Source: Longimicrobiales bacterium (GTDB taxonomy: Bacteria > Gemmatimonadota > Gemmatimonadetes > Longimicrobiales > Gaopeijiaceae). Taken from it: a stretch of DNA of 64,000 bases. The stretch is taken from contig CBDBCF010000001.1 of assembly GCA_965202985.1 (NCBI GenBank), positions 2,784,001 through 2,848,000 of the forward strand, in the 5' to 3' direction. Both the position numbers and the translations under genes were made by a program. The notes beneath the pieces are model-generated. The model searched no databases. It was not told where the DNA came from and saw nothing but the letters and a program-made list of their open reading frames with translations. Numbering within the stretch: the stretch's first letter is position 1; every line of letters begins with the position of its first letter. Positions 1 to 13,466 of this stretch are shown in pieces.

Positions 1-537
1 GCGCGGGAGGGTTGACGATCTCGAAGGCCGGCGAAGGCTCGACCGCCGGGGCGCCTCCGGCGGACATGCGCGCCATCACGTCTTGGGCCACCTCCTCGGG
101 CTGAAGCAGGCGGCCTTCGGGCTGAGTCCGGGCGATCCGGTCCCGCACCTCGTCCGGGGTTCGGCCGGTCTTGGCCGCGACGCGACGCGCGTTCTCGTCG
201 GTCATGGGCGTGTCCACGTAGCCCGGGCAAACCGCGTCGGCCACGACGCCCGTGCCGGCGAGCTCGGCCGCCAGGCACCGGGTCATGCCCAGGAGGGCGT
301 GCTTGGAGGCGGCATACGCGGCGATGTACCGGGCGCCGGCCAGGGCGACCACCGAGGCCACGTTGACGATGCGCCCCCACCGCTGTTCCAGCATCGCGGG
401 GAGGAACGCCTGGGTGCACAAGAGCGGTCCGGTGGCGTTCACGCGGTGAAGGGTTTCCCAATCGTCGAGCGAGATTCGGGCGAACGGCGCCGAAGCGGAC
501 GCCCCGGCGTTGTTGACAAGGACGAGAGGCGGCGTGC
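1..537 (-). pseudogene. Short-chain dehydrogenase/reductase (SDR), 5'-truncated; continues off the left edge
   Basis: Minus-strand translation LVNNAG...VNATG...GRIVNVAS...YAASKHAL...VCPGYVDT shows the NNAG, YxxxK and PG motifs. The N-terminal GxxxGxG part is missing: transposase sequence sits there in another frame. Confidence 0.75.
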
Positions 538-1113
538 CCCTTGACCAGACGGTCCTGAGCCGTCCCGAAGCTGCGCTCGACCCGCCCCTTCGCCTGTGGC
601 GAGCCCGCAAGGATCAACTCGACTCCCAGTTCGCCCAGACCCCAGGCGATGATCGTGTCCGTCCGCCTCTCCTTCGCCGCCATCCACTGCCCGAAGTGAC
701 CGGCGTGGTCGGTGTAGAACGCCAGTGGCCGGCCGCGGCGCCGCAGATACGCGATCAGCGCCCGGTCGTCCGCACCCGGTCCTCCAGGCCAGGGATGCAC
801 TGAACTGTCCCACTGCGCCAGCTCGCCCAGCGCCGCCCCCGCCGAGGACGCCGGCTCCGATGCCTCGCCCGCTTGCGCTTGCGCGTCCACAGCCCGGCCC
901 CTGCATCCAGCGCCGAACCGTCTCGGAACTGGCCCGCACTCCGCAGCGCCGCTCCACGTGCTCGGCCAGCAGCGTCGGGCCGAAGTCCCGGTACATCGCC
1001 TCCGACGCCACCCCCAGCACCGCCTCGCGAACCGCCGGAGGCAGCGCCTGGTTCGACGACCGCCCGCAGAGACCGTGGATCACCACGCCGTCGCCTTCCG
1101 CCTCGAGCCGACG
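538..1113 (-). mobile_element. Decayed ISNCY/IS1202-like DDE transposase remnant (frameshifts, internal deletions, both ends lost)
   Basis: Pieces in different frames: IHGLCGRSSN...YRDFGPTLLAEH...SSETVRRWM; GLWTRKRKRARHRSRRPRR; QWDSSVHPW; GRPLAFYTDH; SPQAKGRVERSFGTAQDRLVK. Confidence 0.8.
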
Positions 1114-1142
1114 TTGACTCTCCCGGCGCTTCGTTGTAGCCT
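1114..1142 (+). promoter_or_regulatory. Putative sigma70 promoter of the riboswitch-metX-metB transcript
   Basis: TTGACT-17 nt-TAGCCT just upstream of the riboswitch. Confidence 0.55.
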
Positions 1143-1154
1143 TCCGCCACGACC

Positions 1155-1268
1155 ACTCATCGAGACCGGCTGAGGGACAGGCCCGAAGAAGCCGGGGCAA
1201 CCTGTGGAAGGTGGCTCTTCCACTGATGTGCCAACTCCTGCGGCGGAAAGAACGCCGAAAAGATGAGC
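1155..1268 (+). ncRNA. SAM-I (S-box) riboswitch
   Basis: P1 CTCATC...GATGAG, plus GAGA, GAGGGACAGGCCC, GGCAACC and GTGCCAACTCC, match the SAM-I consensus; lies upstream of methionine biosynthesis genes. Confidence 0.9.
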
Positions 1269-1373
1269 CGCCCACGGCGTCCGTAGGCTTCGGGCGCGCG
1301 GCCTCGCACGAAACTGGGCGTCGATTCTCCGGGAGTCCGATGGGGCCACTCGAACAACCGGAGGCTTTTCCTC

Positions 1374-2468
1374 ATGGCTTGCAACGTCGCCGCCCGCCAC
1401 GGCCCCAAAGCCGTCCACGACGGCGCCACCGGACGCGTCCGCGTTCCCGTCGTCTTCGACCACTTGGGCGAACGCGGGGTCACGGTGTCCTACCAACTCC
1501 ACGGTCCCGTCCAAGCCGCCCATGCCCGCGCCGCCCCCGTGGTGGTGCTGGGGGGCATCTCGGCCGGTCGCCGCTTGGCCCCGACCCCCGACGACCCCGG
1601 CAGGGGATGGTGGCCCGGCGTCGTGGGTTCCGGCTCGGCTCTGGACCCGTCGCGGCGCCGCCTGGTCGGGATCGACTACCTGGGCGGGCCGACGCCGGAC
1701 GGGGACCTGCTCCGTCCCGTGACTAGCCACGACCAAGCGCGAGCGCTGGCGGCGCTGCTGGACCGGCTGGAGATGCCGCGCGCCTCGCTGGTGGGAGCGT
1801 CCTACGGCGGGATGGTGGCGCTGGCCTTCGCCGAGCTCTTCCCGGAGCGGGTGTCCAGGCTGGTCGTGCTGTGCGCGGCCCACCGCACCCACCCCATGGC
1901 CACGGCGTGGCGGTCCGTGCAGCGCGAAACGGTTCGCTTGGGCGTGCGCGCGGGGCGGGGCGCCGAAGGCCTTGCCCTGGCCCGCGCCCTGGCGATGACT
2001 ACCTACCGAAGCGTTGACGAGTTCAAGGAGCGCTTCTCGCCCAGGCCGTTGCCGTCGGTGACGCCGGAGTCGGGGCAATCGGCCAGCCGCTGCGATGTCC
2101 GCCCGCACCGCGGCGCCGGTCGCCCCGACGGTCCCGTCTTCCCCGTGGAGAACTACCTGCGCGCCCGAGGCGCCGACTTTGCGGGCCGCTTCGACCCGGA
2201 ACGCTTCCTGGCGCTCTCCGAGTCGATCGATCTCCACTGGACCGAGCCGGGCTCGCTGCCCCCGGCGACGCTCCTCGTGTCTGTGGCAAGCGACATCCTG
2301 GTTCCCCCGTGGTTGGTGGACCGCTTGGTCGAGGCAGGCGGAGGCGAGGCCGGCCACGTCGTCCTCGAGTCGCCGTTCGGCCACGACGCGTTTCTCAAGG
2401 AGACCGAGCACGTCTCGGCGTTCGTGCGCTCGGGGTTGGCCCTGGACAACGACGAGGCGACCCCGTGA
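1374..2468 (+). CDS. metX: Homoserine O-acyltransferase, MetX family (alpha/beta hydrolase)
   Basis: LGGISA, GASYGGMVAL nucleophile elbow, ARALAMTTYRS, GHDAFLKE; RBS GGAGG; sits next to metB. Confidence 0.85.
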   Translation: MACNVAARHGPKAVHDGATGRVRVPVVFDHLGERGVTVSYQLHGPVQAAHARAAPVVVLGGISAGRRLAPTPDDPGRGWWPGVVGSGSALDPSRRRLVGIDYLGGPTPDGDLLRPVTSHDQARALAALLDRLEMPRASLVGASYGGMVALAFAELFPERVSRLVVLCAAHRTHPMATAWRSVQRETVRLGVRAGRGAEGLALARALAMTTYRSVDEFKERFSPRPLPSVTPESGQSASRCDVRPHRGAGRPDGPVFPVENYLRARGADFAGRFDPERFLALSESIDLHWTEPGSLPPATLLVSVASDILVPPWLVDRLVEAGGGEAGHVVLESPFGHDAFLKETEHVSAFVRSGLALDNDEATP

Positions 2469-3802
2469 GCGCCGAAAACGGGACGCGGTCCGGCGCGCCG
2501 GAACCCAAGTCGCTCCTGCCGGCGACGCCCGGCGGCTCCGCGCGTCGGGTCTCGCGTCCAACCGTCGACTCTCCCGCCGAGCCTTCGCTGGTCACCCGCG
2601 CCGTGCGCGCCGGCATCGGGGCCGACGTCGCCCATCGCGCCGTGATGCCGCCGATCCACCTCTCGTCGAACTACCTCTTCCAGTCGCCCGGCGTGTACGA
2701 GCGGTACGACTACACCCGGACCGCCAACCCCACCCGCGACCTGGCCGCGGCCGCCATCGCCGACCTGGAGGGCGGCCGCGGCGCGGTCGTGACCTCTTCC
2801 GGCATGGCGGCCGTCGCCGTCGCCACCCGCCTGCTCTCGGCGGGGGAGCTGCTGGTGGCGCCCCACGACTGCTACGGCGGTTGCCACCGGCTCTTCACGG
2901 CGGAGCAGCGGCGGGGCGCCTGCCGCGTGCGCTTCGTGGACCAGACCCGGCCCGGCGCGATGGAGGAGGTCCGCGCCGCCCGACCGCGGATGATCTGGCT
3001 GGAGACGCCGAGCAACCCCCTCATGCGGATCGTGGACATCGCCGCCTGGGCGTGCCTGGCCCGGGAGATCGGCGCGGTATGCGTGGCCGACAACACGTTC
3101 CTGTCGCCCGTGAACCAGCGTCCGCTGTCGCTGGGCGCCGACGTCGTGATCCACTCCACCACCAAGTTCATCAACGGTCACAGCGACATCGTGGGGGGCG
3201 CGGCGGTCGCCGCCGACGAGAGCGTCCACGAGCAGCTCGCTTGGTGGGCCAACGCGCTGGGCGTCACGGGCGCGCCCTTCGACTCCTTCCTCGCCCTTCG
3301 AGGCGTTCGCACCCTTCACGCCCGCAGCCGGGTTCACGAGGAGAACGCTCTTCGCGTGGTGGACCTGCTGTGCCGCAGCGACGTGGTGGAGCAAGTCAAT
3401 CACCCCAGTCTGCCCGGCCGTCCCGGTCACGAGATCGCTCGCGCGCAACAGCTGGGCTGGGGAAGCCTTCTCTCCTTCGAACTGCGGGGCGGGCGTGCGG
3501 CGGCGGAGGCGTTCGTGGACGGGCTTCGGCACTTCGCCCTGGCCGAGTCCCTGGGCGGCGTGGAGAGCCTCGTGTCGCATCCCTGGACGATGACTCACGC
3601 GTCGATGGACGTGCCCGCGCGCACGGCGGCAGGGATCGGCGAGGGACTGCTGCGCCTGTCGGTGGGGATCGAGTCCGCGGACGACTTGGAGGTCGACCTG
3701 GAACAAGCCCTGCGCCGGGCGGAGAAGGCAGCGGCGGGCAAGGACACCTTGCGATGCCCGGCAAGAAGTCGTCGTCTTGCCGGTGCTCGGAGTCGCCCGT
3801 AG
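2465..3802 (+). CDS. metB: Cystathionine gamma-synthase (PLP-dependent)
   Basis: YDYTRTANPTR, SSGMAA, ETPSNP, DNTF, HSTTKFINGHSD, AESLGGVESL; GTG start overlaps the metX stop (GTGA). Confidence 0.9.
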   Translation: MSAENGTRSGAPEPKSLLPATPGGSARRVSRPTVDSPAEPSLVTRAVRAGIGADVAHRAVMPPIHLSSNYLFQSPGVYERYDYTRTANPTRDLAAAAIADLEGGRGAVVTSSGMAAVAVATRLLSAGELLVAPHDCYGGCHRLFTAEQRRGACRVRFVDQTRPGAMEEVRAARPRMIWLETPSNPLMRIVDIAAWACLAREIGAVCVADNTFLSPVNQRPLSLGADVVIHSTTKFINGHSDIVGGAAVAADESVHEQLAWWANALGVTGAPFDSFLALRGVRTLHARSRVHEENALRVVDLLCRSDVVEQVNHPSLPGRPGHEIARAQQLGWGSLLSFELRGGRAAAEAFVDGLRHFALAESLGGVESLVSHPWTMTHASMDVPARTAAGIGEGLLRLSVGIESADDLEVDLEQALRRAEKAAAGKDTLRCPARSRRLAGARSRP

Positions 3803-3858
3803 CCGACCGGGACCCGGCCCGAGACGCCGGTCGCAGGCACGCCTCCGACGTTGCGACC

Positions 3859-3887
3859 TTGCTGTTGCTGCGTCCATATATTATGTT
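3859..3887 (+). promoter_or_regulatory. Possible sigma70 promoter of the adhesin gene
   Basis: TTGCTG-17 nt-TATGTT in a locally AT-rich patch. Confidence 0.3.
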
Positions 3888-3933
3888 GTTGCCTGCGCAG
3901 GTCGTCCGTTCCATCAACCGCGGGAGCTTGCCG

Positions 3934-8718
<4,785 letters not shown>

Positions 8719-8840
8719 GACCGGGCCGAACGCGCTCGAAGGATCGACCGTAGGCCAGCGCAGCGTGGCTCGGTTCGTCCGATGCGGAAGCCTTACCGTG
8801 CTGGGCCTTCAACCTTCAGGGCGGCCCGGGAGCCGCGGGA

Positions 8841-8889
8841 TGGACACGTAGCGAGCAGATGATTATCGTTACCCCAATCGTAACGATAA
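8841..8889 (+). promoter_or_regulatory. higBA promoter with overlapping palindromic operator
   Basis: TGGACA-17 nt-TATCGT; perfect inverted repeat TTATCGTTAC-N7-GTAACGATAA at 8863-8889. Confidence 0.7.
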
Positions 8890-8901
8890 CGACGAAAAAT
8901 C

Positions 8902-9240
8902 GTGGAGATCGGATTTCGAAGCCGTCGCTTGGCAAAGACGTTCAACTCGGAACGCGAGCTGAAGCGGAGGTACGGAAACCGCATGGCGAAAGCGATCATG
9001 CGCCGCCTCGCCGTCCTGAAGAACGCCAAGACGCTGTCCGACGTGCCATCCACCAAACCCGAGAGGAGACATCAGCTAAAGGGAGACCGAATCGGCCAGT
9101 ATGCCGTAGATCTTGTTCAACCCAAGCGGTTGATCTTCAAGCCCGATCATGATCCGGTGCCCCGTCGGACGGACGGGGGCATCGACACGGACCGGGTCTC
9201 GGCAGTGACGCTGGTTGAAGTCGGCGACTACCACGGATAG
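8902..9240 (+). CDS. higB: HigB-like (RelE/ParE superfamily) toxin
   Basis: MEIGFRSRRLAK...PERRHQLKGDRIGQYAVDLVQPKRLIFKP...DYH; toxin-first gene order. Confidence 0.8.
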   Translation: MEIGFRSRRLAKTFNSERELKRRYGNRMAKAIMRRLAVLKNAKTLSDVPSTKPERRHQLKGDRIGQYAVDLVQPKRLIFKPDHDPVPRRTDGGIDTDRVSAVTLVEVGDYHG

Positions 9241-9251
9241 GGGAGCAAACC

Positions 9252-10346
9252 ATGGCTACAGGGACCTATCAGTACCGACCGGACTACGCCGTCTCCCCGG
9301 GATCGGTACTGGCGGAGCGCCTAGCGGCGCACGGGCTTTCTCAGGCGGAACTCGCGCGCCGGTGCGGGCGGTCGCCGAAGCTGATCAGCGAAATCATCGC
9401 CGGAAAAGCTCCGGTTGAGCCGAAGACCGCCTTGCAGTTGGAGAGGGTGCTTGATGTCGGCGCCCACGTTTGGCTCGGCATGGAGTCTGATTACCGCCTC
9501 CATCAGGCCCGCCGAGCAGATGACGAGCAGCTCCGCGGCAACTTGGCCTGGGCACGACGTTTTCCGGTGAAGGAAATGGCGGAACGCGGGCTCATTTCCT
9601 CTACGACAGGCAAAATGTGCGTGTCCGAGCTGCTCTCTTTTCTTGGGGTGGCATCGGTGCAGGCATGGAAGCACCGGCATGACGAGATGGCCGTGGCGTA
9701 CCGCCATTCGCCGAGCTTCAAGAGCAACCGAGATGCGCTCGCTGTTTGGCTTAGAACGGTGGAGATTCGTGCTTCCGAGCAAGGCTGCGCGGACTACGAC
9801 TTGAGCGTGTTCAAGAAATCACTGGGGGCCGTCCGTCAGCTTACCCGGGAATCGTTGGACCACGCCCTGCCAAGTTTGCGAGCGTCCTGCAACGCGGCCG
9901 GGGTGGCCTTCGTGGTCGCGAAACCGTTCGCTGGAATGCGGTTGAGTGGCGCGGCGTGGTGGCCGTCGACGCGCAATCCCGTCATTGCCCTGACGGCGCG
10001 TCACAAGACCAACGACCAACTCTGGTTCAGCATGTTCCACGAAGCCGCCCATGTCATTGTTCACGGCAAGCGGGACGTCTTCATCGACGAGCCGGGCGCG
10101 AACGACGACGGCATGGAGCTGGAGGCGAACCAATGGGCCACCGACTTTCTGATTCCGCGGCCAGCGTGGCTACGCTTCCTGGGCGAGGGCAAGTTCGACT
10201 CCGGCACGGTGCAGGGCTTCGCGGACGCACAGGGCATCGCTCCCGGCATAGTGGTCGGGAGACTCCAGCATGAAGGGCATCTGCCCTGGGGAAGCAGGTT
10301 GAATTCGCTCAAGGTCAAGCTGCGCTGGGCCGACGAACCCAGCTGA
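9252..10346 (+). CDS. higA: HigA-family antitoxin (XRE HTH) fused to an ImmA/IrrE (M78) metallopeptidase domain
   Basis: PDYAVSPG, SQAELARR HTH, WLGMESDYRL; WFSMFHEAAH (HExxH) and ELEANQWA. Confidence 0.85.
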   Translation: MATGTYQYRPDYAVSPGSVLAERLAAHGLSQAELARRCGRSPKLISEIIAGKAPVEPKTALQLERVLDVGAHVWLGMESDYRLHQARRADDEQLRGNLAWARRFPVKEMAERGLISSTTGKMCVSELLSFLGVASVQAWKHRHDEMAVAYRHSPSFKSNRDALAVWLRTVEIRASEQGCADYDLSVFKKSLGAVRQLTRESLDHALPSLRASCNAAGVAFVVAKPFAGMRLSGAAWWPSTRNPVIALTARHKTNDQLWFSMFHEAAHVIVHGKRDVFIDEPGANDDGMELEANQWATDFLIPRPAWLRFLGEGKFDSGTVQGFADAQGIAPGIVVGRLQHEGHLPWGSRLNSLKVKLRWADEPS

Positions 10347-10405
10347 CCACGACTCTCCAGCAAGATCCGACCGAGGACCGGGCGCCGTAGGCCGGCCAAG
10401 GCCGG

Positions 10406-11371
10406 CTACCTGGACCGGGCATCCGAGGCCGCCAGCAGTTGGTCCGCCAGCGCGACGATCATGTCGTGCTTGGCCACTTGGCGCCGCCAGTCCTCTCGGA
10501 TGCCGGCCGCGCCGTAGTAGGCGCCGGCAAGCTGGCCGTACACCGCCCCGGTCGTGTCGGCGTCGTCGCCCAGGTTGACGGCCAGAAGCAGGCCGTCGTC
10601 GAAGCCCGTCGCCTTGCTGAAGGCCCAGAGCGCGGCTTCCATCGATTCGACCACGTATCCCGAGCCCTTGATCTCGGGCGGCTCCTTGCGCTTGAACGAC
10701 CCGTCGGCGACGCGCGCGATTCGTTCGGCAAGCGGATCCCGGTCCCATAGGCCGGCCTCCGGGGAATATCGGCGTGCCAGAAGCGTTTGCCTCGGCTCGC
10801 CGTTCAGCGCTCCCGCGATCAGCCCCGCATAGTATCGGCAGGCGTCCACTGCTTCCGAGGCGGCGTGAGTCGTCTCGGAGCCGGCGACGGCGCACTCGAC
10901 CGCTTCCCTCGGCGTGCGCGCAAAGAACATCGGCACGGACGCCAAGCGCATCAGGGAACCGTTGCCGGCGGTCGTCGGGTCGGTCGAGCCGGCCCACGGG
11001 TCCCCCGTGTCTTCGAACCGGACGAGGGCGGCGCGCGTCGTGTTCCCGACGTCGACGGGCAGGTCGTCCCGAGGCGTCATGTAGCCGTCCCGGAGCCAGC
11101 GCACGTACCGGTCCATCTGGTCTTCGGGGTCGAAGCCGCACTCGACGAGACTGGCAGCCAAGCAGAGGGCCATGGAGGTGTCGTCGGTCCACTCGCCGGG
11201 GCGCAGGCGCCAAGGGCCGCCTCCGGTCATGTCCTGGACGGGGGCAAAGGCGCCCGGGGACTTGAACTCCACAGGCGCTCCCACCGCGTCGCCAACCGCC
11301 AGGCCCAGGAGGCACCCGCGGTACCGGTCCCGCCTGCCAACCGGGGAGTTGCATGAAACGATAGGGCGCAT
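10406..11371 (-). CDS. ADP-ribosylglycohydrolase (DraG/ARH family)
   Basis: GLAVGDAVG, GEWTDDTSMA, GNGSLMR, VNLGDDADTTGAVYGQLAGA; start approximate. Confidence 0.9.
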   Translation of the reverse strand: MRPIVSCNSPVGRRDRYRGCLLGLAVGDAVGAPVEFKSPGAFAPVQDMTGGGPWRLRPGEWTDDTSMALCLAASLVECGFDPEDQMDRYVRWLRDGYMTPRDDLPVDVGNTTRAALVRFEDTGDPWAGSTDPTTAGNGSLMRLASVPMFFARTPREAVECAVAGSETTHAASEAVDACRYYAGLIAGALNGEPRQTLLARRYSPEAGLWDRDPLAERIARVADGSFKRKEPPEIKGSGYVVESMEAALWAFSKATGFDDGLLLAVNLGDDADTTGAVYGQLAGAYYGAAGIREDWRRQVAKHDMIVALADQLLAASDARSR

Positions 11372-11624
11372 TCGCGGGTTCGCTTGGTGACGGACTGGAC
11401 CGCCGGGGCCGCCCTCGGGGGCCAGTTCGGTGCGGAATCCCCGGCACGGCAGGGACGTCGCCGGGCTGGCAACCGACATCAATCCTAAGTGGAGCCGCCG
11501 CCTGCCGCCCCTGACGGCCGACCGACGTTCGTACTCGTGCTGCGACGGGCGTGCAGGAAGCTTGGCCGGGCTCCCGAGAGCGCGCCGGGTTTCGCTCTTG
11601 GCCGCTTCCGGCGAGCTTGCCTCC

Positions 11625-12659
11625 GTGAAGATTCGAGACCGAACCCTGTCGAAGGTGCGTGCAAGCAAGTCGACGGCGCACGCGGGAAAGGCACGCCGGA
11701 CGGTGATCGACGGTGCGACCAGAACCACCGCGGGCGCCACGGCGCCGTGGATCGCACTGGTCCTTGCTGCTTGCGGGGGCGACGCGTGGCCCGTTCCCGA
11801 GGCCGTGGACGAGGCAGTGCTGCTGGCCGACCACGAGGAATGGCGCGCGGATCGGAGGGAGAGCCTGGTGGACTCGGCCGGCGGCGCGGTCCTGTGGTCG
11901 GGTCTCTGGGAGCTGCCGGAAGGGCCGACGGGGTTCGGGTCGGACTCGTCCTTGGCGATCGTGCTGCCGCCCGAGGACTCGCCGCCTCTGGCGGGCACCC
12001 TTCGCCGAACGGGCGGCCGAGTGCACCTGGAACCGGCGCCCGACGGCGGCGTCCGCCTGAGGGACGGCGCCATCGTGACGGCCCCGCTGCCCCTCGAAGA
12101 CGACCGTTCCGACAGCACCACCGTCCTGTCGCTCGGCTCCTTGGGACTGCGCATCCACGCGGAGAGGGGTACAAAGCGCCTGTGGCTGCGCGCCTGGGAC
12201 GCCGACTCTCCCAAGCGGCAATCCTTTCGCCTGCCGCCCTACTACCCGGTCCGGAACGAGTGGCGCGTCGCCGCGCGCCTGGACCCGTACCCCGAGCCCC
12301 GAACCTTCGACTTGACGGACGTGACCGACGGCACGGTTCAGAACGTCTCGCCGGGCGAGCTGGTCTTTCGCCGCGCCGGACGAGCACATCGGCTAGTGGC
12401 CTTTGCGACCGAGAGCAGCCGCAACTACTTCGTCATGCTGTGGGACTCGACGGCCCTGTCCGGCACCTACCAGGGCGGCCGCTACATGCGCGTGCCCCTG
12501 GCCGACGAAGACGGCTGGACCACCATCGACTTCAATCGCGCCTACAACCCGCCCTGCGTGTTCACGCCGTACTCGGTGTGCAGCCTGCCGCCGCCGGAGA
12601 GCCGACTGGCCCTGACGGTGGACGCCGGAGAGAAGCGACCGGAGACGCCTTCGTACTGA
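11625..12659 (+). CDS. DUF1684 family lipoprotein
   Basis: Lipobox-like LVLAAC; C-terminal TYQGGRY and IDFNRAYNPPCVFTPYSVCSLPPPE...AGEK; start uncertain. Confidence 0.8.
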   Translation: MKIRDRTLSKVRASKSTAHAGKARRTVIDGATRTTAGATAPWIALVLAACGGDAWPVPEAVDEAVLLADHEEWRADRRESLVDSAGGAVLWSGLWELPEGPTGFGSDSSLAIVLPPEDSPPLAGTLRRTGGRVHLEPAPDGGVRLRDGAIVTAPLPLEDDRSDSTTVLSLGSLGLRIHAERGTKRLWLRAWDADSPKRQSFRLPPYYPVRNEWRVAARLDPYPEPRTFDLTDVTDGTVQNVSPGELVFRRAGRAHRLVAFATESSRNYFVMLWDSTALSGTYQGGRYMRVPLADEDGWTTIDFNRAYNPPCVFTPYSVCSLPPPESRLALTVDAGEKRPETPSY

Positions 12660-12673
12660 GAAGTTCTCGCGCC

Positions 12674-13327
12674 CTACCGGTTCTCCGTGTAGCGGTCAGG
12701 AATCGGGCCGGCGTCGCTTTCGGACTGCCAGAAGATCGTCACCACCCACCAGCGCTCGCCGTCGTCCAGGAGCTGGATGGAGTTGATGCCGCGCATGAAG
12801 GGCTCGGCGTCCGATTCCGACCGGTACGCGGCGTAGGTGCTGAAGCGGTGGGCGATGTTTCCGTAGCGCTCGGAGACGTGGCTGGTCTCGGCCTCGAAGA
12901 AGCCTTCGGCGAACCAGTTGCCGGACTGGGCGAGCGACGCGTAATCGTCCGGCGACATGACGCGCGCCCCCACCCGCCCGTCCTGGCCGGCGCCCGAGGG
13001 GATCAGCCGGGCGCCGGGGAGGAACAGGGACCGGAAGCGGTCCCAGTCGCGCGGGGCGTCCCCCGGTCCCGAGATCACGTCGTAGACCGCGCTCACGATC
13101 GCGTCCGCCGACTCCACGTCGGCGGGGTCGGCGATCAAGACCGGCATCGCTTCCGCTACCGCCGGGTCGGCCGGGGGCGTCTCCCTTTCCTGGGCGGAAG
13201 TGCATCCGGCCAGCACGGCGAAGGCCGCCGTCAGAAGAGGTCCGGCCGACTTGCGGATGGCCGACGAATGCGGCGGCTTGCTCGCCGGCAACAGGGCCGG
13301 CGTCCGACGGTGCTCTCGGTGCTTCAC
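12674..13327 (-). CDS. Conserved hypothetical lipoprotein, NTF2/SnoaL-like
   Basis: Lipobox VLAGC; YDVISGP...RDWDRFRSLF...RGINSIQL. Confidence 0.7.
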   Translation of the reverse strand: MKHREHRRTPALLPASKPPHSSAIRKSAGPLLTAAFAVLAGCTSAQERETPPADPAVAEAMPVLIADPADVESADAIVSAVYDVISGPGDAPRDWDRFRSLFLPGARLIPSGAGQDGRVGARVMSPDDYASLAQSGNWFAEGFFEAETSHVSERYGNIAHRFSTYAAYRSESDAEPFMRGINSIQLLDDGERWWVVTIFWQSESDAGPIPDRYTENR

Positions 13328-13405
13328 GGCACTTCTCCTTCGCGTCTGAAATCCAATCCTTGGCGTCCAAGGCCTCGGAAGCTATTTATGGGGGCGATCC
13401 CGTTC

Positions 13406-13440
13406 TTCGCAAGAACCGCTTGTCTTTCGCAAGAACCGCT
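13406..13440 (+). repeat. 15-bp direct repeat TTCGCAAGAACCGCT x2 (20-nt period) upstream of the permease
   Basis: Copies at 13406-13420 and 13426-13440. Confidence 0.85.
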
Positions 13441-13466
13441 GCCTCCCCCGCCAAGGCGTCCGCCTC

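Noticed and set aside
2095..3933. N-terminal 613 aa of the 2207-aa ORF
   Set aside because: Out-of-frame shadow of metX/metB with Arg/Pro-rich nonsense; the adhesin plausibly starts at ATG 3934.
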